DNA of 64,000 bases from Bacteroidales bacterium (GTDB taxonomy: Bacteria > Bacteroidota > Bacteroidia > Bacteroidales > UBA10428). The notes under the pieces are model-generated. The model was not told the DNA's origin. It did not search any database and saw only the letters and a list, made by a program, of their open reading frames with translations. A program made the translations under genes and the position numbers. Of the stretch, positions 59,611 through 64,000 are shown piece after piece. The DNA lies in NCBI GenBank assembly GCA_016935435.1, contig JAFGQZ010000054.1, forward strand, positions 8,578-72,577, read 5' to 3'. The first letter of the stretch is position 1, and each line of letters starts with the position of its first letter.

Positions 59611-62112
59611 TTATAGTTCGGGTTCAAGCATTTTAATAAAATAGCCACCAACGACAGAGCGTGCCTGGAAACCAACCTGGCGTGCATCGGTTGTTTCGTA
59701 CCAGTCGGTCATGGGTACCCTGCTTGGGGTTTCTGTTACAAACAGGTGCAAGGGCGCAATAAATTGCTCAAATGTTTGTTGGTCGTCGGCCAGGGTAGCT
59801 GTCCATACAATCCAGTCCGATTTTGTATAGGTACGGCGGTTATCTAGCGGCAACCCGTATTTGTTTTGTTTTCCCAGGTAATACTGAATTTCTTTAGTAA
59901 GCACTTCTTTGGGGAAAATGTCGAGTTCCAGCAATTTGTCCCATACCAGGTTGTATTTCTGGCTCCAGGTACCGGGCTGATCGAAAGTAAGCCGGTAATG
60001 GCTGCCATCGTCGGCCATTTTCATCCATTCGCCAGCCATTCGCCTGGCTTCGTTAGTGTATTTTTCGGCTATTTCGTTTTTGCCTAGTGCCGAAGCCAGG
60101 TATCCGTATCCGGCAATGCCAACAATGGCTTTGGCCGAAAGGTTAACGTTGCGGGCAAAGTGTCCGGCAAAATCGTCGGTACATAGCTGGTTTACAGGGT
60201 CAAGGCCATTTTCCCACAGGTAATCGGCCCAGGTGGTGAGCACCTCCCAGTGTTTTTGGGCAAAATCGGCATTTCCTTCCATTTTGGCAATGGCTGCTGT
60301 TAAAATTAACATGTTCCCACATTCTTCTACCGGCATATCGCCGCCATAAGTCTGGCCGTTAGCCAACGGGTAAGTGCCTACATCGTGTGCGGCGAAAGGT
60401 TTTGTCCATTTTCCACTTTCGGAATAATAGAATATCGGTATCAACATGCCCTTAAGCAATTCGGGGTTGTATTTTAAATACAGGGGCGCCGAAGGGTAGG
60501 TAACATCAACAGTTCCTATAGAGCCGTTACTGAAGTTTTCTTTTGAAAGGAACAAGAGGTTGCCCTGAGTATCAACAACCAGTTTGTGTGCTGCAACCGA
60601 CTGGCGGTAGGCTAATATACAAAGGTCGGCGTATTTTTCGCCACCAGCCTTTAAAGCATCGTCCATCAGGTTCTGGTCGAACTGGTTACAGCGCATCATT
60701 ATCGATTCGTACTCATCGACAGCTAATTGCAGGGCATTGTCGATGGTAACTTTTCCACCATCTCTCCATAGTGCTTTGAGGTTATCGCCAAAATACTGAA
60801 TCGATTCGATATCGTCGTAAGCAACCATAATATAACCACTTTTTGGTTTTTTGCCCACTGAGCCAAGTGTTTCGGTAAAAGCTAAAGAGGGCATAGCCTG
60901 GGTAAGTTTTACATTTATTTTTTCGCCTGGCTTTGGAATGCCCCCATTTTCGGCAAACGATTTTTTAAGGTCGAGGTAACCGCCAGCCGACAGGCTTGAA
61001 CCTTCAGTTTTCTCTGCCCCCAAATAGAAGTAGCCCCAGTCGATACGGATATCGTCGCCTTTTTTTTGTAATACAGGCTGTTCGATGGTTCCGGTTTTAA
61101 GGAAATGTACAGATCCGGTTTCGCCATTCTCTACCGATACCTCCTGTACAATTTCGTTAACAGCCCATTGCGGGGTTGCTTCGAAATATATTTGTACGTC
61201 GTGTTTTTTTCCATCGTTCGAAACCACTTCGTAATTGATGTAGTTCACCGGCCGCGAAAGCAAAGGCAAGTCGTCGGGGAGAAGTGGCGATACAAAGTTG
61301 AGGGTAAGATTAACCGGGCCGCATGTAAAGCTGTAAAAGGTTTGTGTGGCTGATAGTTCTGCTTTGGTTTGTGTAGCTGTGTTAACAAACACATCTTTTT
61401 CGCCACTGTCCTGGAAAATACCGAAATCGACAATTGCCGCCCCTCCGGTATTGACACAATGCGCTGCAATTACATTCTTTCCACCAATGTTCAGCATGTT
61501 TCTGTCGATTTTTAAAGAAATATTGCTTCCGCAGCAGTTTCTGTCAACCAGTTTTTCCCCGTTAAGATACAGGACAAAGTCGTCATCCCATGAAAACATC
61601 AGGTAGGAGTCTTCATTACTATAGTTTTCGGGGATAACAAATTCACGGCGCACCCATATTTCGCGGGTTTCCCAAAGCGTTGCAATTGCAGGCATGCCGT
61701 TTGTGCCGAAAGCAGCTGGGGCAGTTTTCCAGTTTTTATCGTTATAATCGGGCTTTTGCCACCCGTCGGTTGGTTTTGTAAACATGTATTTGCCAGTCCA
61801 TACTTCGTAGTTGGCACTGGGCAATATGCATTTTTGGGGTATTTTTTCTTTACCCAGGAAACGGTAAACCTGCCCATCGACACGTATAGCCCCAATAAGC
61901 GGGTGGTCGCGGCCTGTCCAGTGCTGTGTGGGTTTTTCATAGAGCAGGTCGGCCATCGACCAAACACTTGTGTAAGGATCGATGGTTACCAACGGGTAGG
62001 CTGGTGCCCTTAGTTGGGTTTTGGCCAGAAAATCGCCTTCACGGGTTGAGCAGGAAACAACCAGAGCTAAGGTAAAGCTCCATAATACCAAATTTTTCAA
62101 GTTTTTAATCAT
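59611..62112 (-). CDS. GtaA-like (glutaminase A; DUF4964/DUF5127/DUF4965) lipoprotein with inserted jelly-roll domain
   Basis: Lipobox VVSC; LRAPAYPLVTIDPY; SKENFSNGSIGTVDVTYP; MPVEECGNM; QLCTDDFAG; WSQKYNLVWD; FQARSVVGG. Confidence 0.88.
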   Translation of the reverse strand: MIKNLKNLVLWSFTLALVVSCSTREGDFLAKTQLRAPAYPLVTIDPYTSVWSMADLLYEKPTQHWTGRDHPLIGAIRVDGQVYRFLGKEKIPQKCILPSANYEVWTGKYMFTKPTDGWQKPDYNDKNWKTAPAAFGTNGMPAIATLWETREIWVRREFVIPENYSNEDSYLMFSWDDDFVLYLNGEKLVDRNCCGSNISLKIDRNMLNIGGKNVIAAHCVNTGGAAIVDFGIFQDSGEKDVFVNTATQTKAELSATQTFYSFTCGPVNLTLNFVSPLLPDDLPLLSRPVNYINYEVVSNDGKKHDVQIYFEATPQWAVNEIVQEVSVENGETGSVHFLKTGTIEQPVLQKKGDDIRIDWGYFYLGAEKTEGSSLSAGGYLDLKKSFAENGGIPKPGEKINVKLTQAMPSLAFTETLGSVGKKPKSGYIMVAYDDIESIQYFGDNLKALWRDGGKVTIDNALQLAVDEYESIMMRCNQFDQNLMDDALKAGGEKYADLCILAYRQSVAAHKLVVDTQGNLLFLSKENFSNGSIGTVDVTYPSAPLYLKYNPELLKGMLIPIFYYSESGKWTKPFAAHDVGTYPLANGQTYGGDMPVEECGNMLILTAAIAKMEGNADFAQKHWEVLTTWADYLWENGLDPVNQLCTDDFAGHFARNVNLSAKAIVGIAGYGYLASALGKNEIAEKYTNEARRMAGEWMKMADDGSHYRLTFDQPGTWSQKYNLVWDKLLELDIFPKEVLTKEIQYYLGKQNKYGLPLDNRRTYTKSDWIVWTATLADDQQTFEQFIAPLHLFVTETPSRVPMTDWYETTDARQVGFQARSVVGGYFIKMLEPEL

Positions 62113-62335
62113 ATTTTATCAAGTTTAGTGTTCTTCTTATTTTTTTGGTAAAGCCGGATTAAGTTTCTACTTCCCGTTATTAAGCTATTAGTTCTTTCGG
62201 ACTATTAATATTATCTATTGTTGTACATTTTTTAGTTGTTATGCCTAAATAAATTCACAATGGAACTTCCGGTATTTAATAAACCTCATTCAAAATTGTC
62301 ATTCATTGTAATTTACAAAAGCAAAACACGTATAA

Positions 62336-62343
62336 CAAAGGTA
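62336..62343 (-). promoter_or_regulatory. -7 promoter element for the GtaA-GH38 unit
   Basis: Minus strand reads TACCTTTG, downstream of the hairpin at 62411-62438 that follows the LamG gene. Confidence 0.5.
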
Positions 62344-62460
62344 AAAAATACTTTTATATATTTATGGCCTTTTTATAGAAGTTTGCAGTGGGTGCATTAT
62401 ATCCGGAAGAAGTTGCCCCGGCTCAAGCCAGGGCAACTATTATAAATATAATCCACGGAT

Positions 62461-64000
62461 TTATTTACCGGCCTTCATGATTTTTTTCGAAAAATTACCA
62501 TTTGCCGAACGTACAGATATAATATAAATACCTTGTTCAAACCGGCTTAGATCGATCTGTATGATTGCGCCCTCATTTAGGCTGTTTTCTTCCATACGGA
62601 ATACTTCTTTTCCGGTTACATCGGTAATAAAGATGTTTGCATATAAACAATCTGCTGCAAAGCTTATATGAGCAAAATCGGCAACAATGCTTGGGTAAAC
62701 AAGCACACTGTTTATGGTAACCTGCTTGTCGATAGCAACGCTGTGTTCGTGGGTTACATTAAATACCAGTGTGTCGTTCGCGGCTACCTCGTCGTTTTCG
62801 AGGGTAGTAAATACTTCAATGGTATATTCTTTTTCGGCCGACAAGTCGAGCTTTTGTTCAAAGCTGTAGTTTGTTGTCAGGGCCGGGGCCAGCGATGCAA
62901 TATGTTCGGTTATAACTGTACCGCCGTCGAGCATAAACGAAATGGGTATGTTTGTTTGTTCCGAATTTGAATTGTTGATAACGGTTACCGTTAGTGTTTC
63001 GGCTGCTGTGAGCGATGTGCCCGATACCGGCGAAACGGCAGCTGTTACAGCAACATCGGTAAACCCGGTTATATAGTAATCTTTATCCCATGTGCAATTC
63101 ACAACTGTACCATCGTTTGAAGTGGCCGATTTATCGGTGGCCACTGTGCCGGAGCCTTCGTTAAAGTCCCAGTAGCCAATTAAGCCGGTTTCGTTGCCAG
63201 TAAGGCTTTCATAGAGGTTATCCGATATTTCGGCGGCAGAACGGCTAACCGACCAGAACCTTACTTCGTCTATTTGTCCTTTAAAAATACGAGGGTTCCA
63301 GGTGGGGTTGTCTCCAATTCGTATATTGCCCCCGGCTGTATGTTTGTAATTGTTAACGTCCCCCGAAGCTTTAGCCAGTCCGTTTATATAAAGGATAAGT
63401 GTTTCTCCGTTGTAAACAGCGGCAAGGTGTGTCCAAACGCCAAACGGAATATCTACGGTGTCGGCTACCAGGTTAAACCAGTCGCCATTTCCAAGGGTTA
63501 CCTTAAAATGTTGTCCGTCGATTACATAATCGATGCCCGAGCCTCCATTTTCGCCCCATGCCTGTGTTGAAAACACATTTTTGCCTTCTACAAGTTTCAC
63601 CCATGTTTCAACGGTAAAGGCCGAATCGATATTGTAGGCATCGTTTGCAGCGATTTCGACATAGGTGTCGGTGCCGTTGAAAACCAGTGAGCTTTTATAC
63701 AGTTGGACACTTTCATTATAATCTTCTCCCCATTCGCAATTCACAATTGTGCCATTGTTTGCGGTTGCCGATTTATCGGTGGCCACAGTGCCAGAAGCTT
63801 CGTTAAAGTCCCAGTAGCCGATTAATCCGGTTTCGGTGCCTGCCAGGGAATTGTTGAGGTTATCGGCAATTTCCGATGCCTGGCGTGCAATGCTCCAGAA
63901 GCGTACTTCATCAATCTGCCCGGTCATAATACGAGGGTTCCAGGTGGGGTTATCGCCAATACGAATATTGCCGCCTGCTGTATGCCGGTAGTTGTTTATT
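62461..64000 (-). CDS. LamG-repeat protein with CARDB-like domain and T9SS CTD; 5' part lies beyond the window
   Basis: The frame stays open to the right edge (INNYRHTAGGNIRIGDNPTW...). LamG motifs WTHLAAVYNG, GQIDEVRFWS, GLIGYWDFNE; CTD VYPS..GIYII..SKKIMK. Confidence 0.88.
   Translation of the reverse strand, partial: INNYRHTAGGNIRIGDNPTWNPRIMTGQIDEVRFWSIARQASEIADNLNNSLAGTETGLIGYWDFNEASGTVATDKSATANNGTIVNCEWGEDYNESVQLYKSSLVFNGTDTYVEIAANDAYNIDSAFTVETWVKLVEGKNVFSTQAWGENGGSGIDYVIDGQHFKVTLGNGDWFNLVADTVDIPFGVWTHLAAVYNGETLILYINGLAKASGDVNNYKHTAGGNIRIGDNPTWNPRIFKGQIDEVRFWSVSRSAAEISDNLYESLTGNETGLIGYWDFNEGSGTVATDKSATSNDGTVVNCTWDKDYYITGFTDVAVTAAVSPVSGTSLTAAETLTVTVINNSNSEQTNIPISFMLDGGTVITEHIASLAPALTTNYSFEQKLDLSAEKEYTIEVFTTLENDEVAANDTLVFNVTHEHSVAIDKQVTINSVLVYPSIVADFAHISFAADCLYANIFITDVTGKEVFRMEENSLNEGAIIQIDLSRFEQGIYIISVRSANGNFSKKIMKAGK

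Overview
Chromosomal segment of a Bacteroidota bacterium, probably Bacteroidales/Marinilabiliales-like. The assignment rests on SusC/SusD genes, a hybrid two-component system, several T9SS C-terminal domains and TAnnTTTG promoter elements. Housekeeping blocks (acpP-fabF-rnc, purN, leuS, purF, HU, two RRM proteins, tRNA-Arg(CCG)) alternate with four glycan-foraging loci: (i) an HTCS-controlled alpha-mannan cluster (GH76, GH125, GH97, ROK kinase, MFS); (ii) an ECF-sigma/FecR/SusC/SusD locus whose only cargo is an uncharacterised lipoprotein with NPP1/NLP-like motifs, plus a predicted antisense sRNA over the susC start; (iii) a kinase-less propeller/LuxR sensor followed by a 4x11-bp operator-like repeat and three large T9SS proteins (GH81 with a circularly permuted CBM32 inserted in its catalytic module, a non-catalytic CBM32/Ig stalk rich in O-glycosylation sequons, GH16); (iv) a minus-strand set of T9SS LamG protein, GtaA/DUF4965, GH38 and T9SS GH76. 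Together they suggest an apparatus for digesting fungal or yeast cell walls (inference). LeuS looks mosaic. No CRISPR, rRNA or intact mobile element was seen. All family calls are from motif recognition, not database searches.
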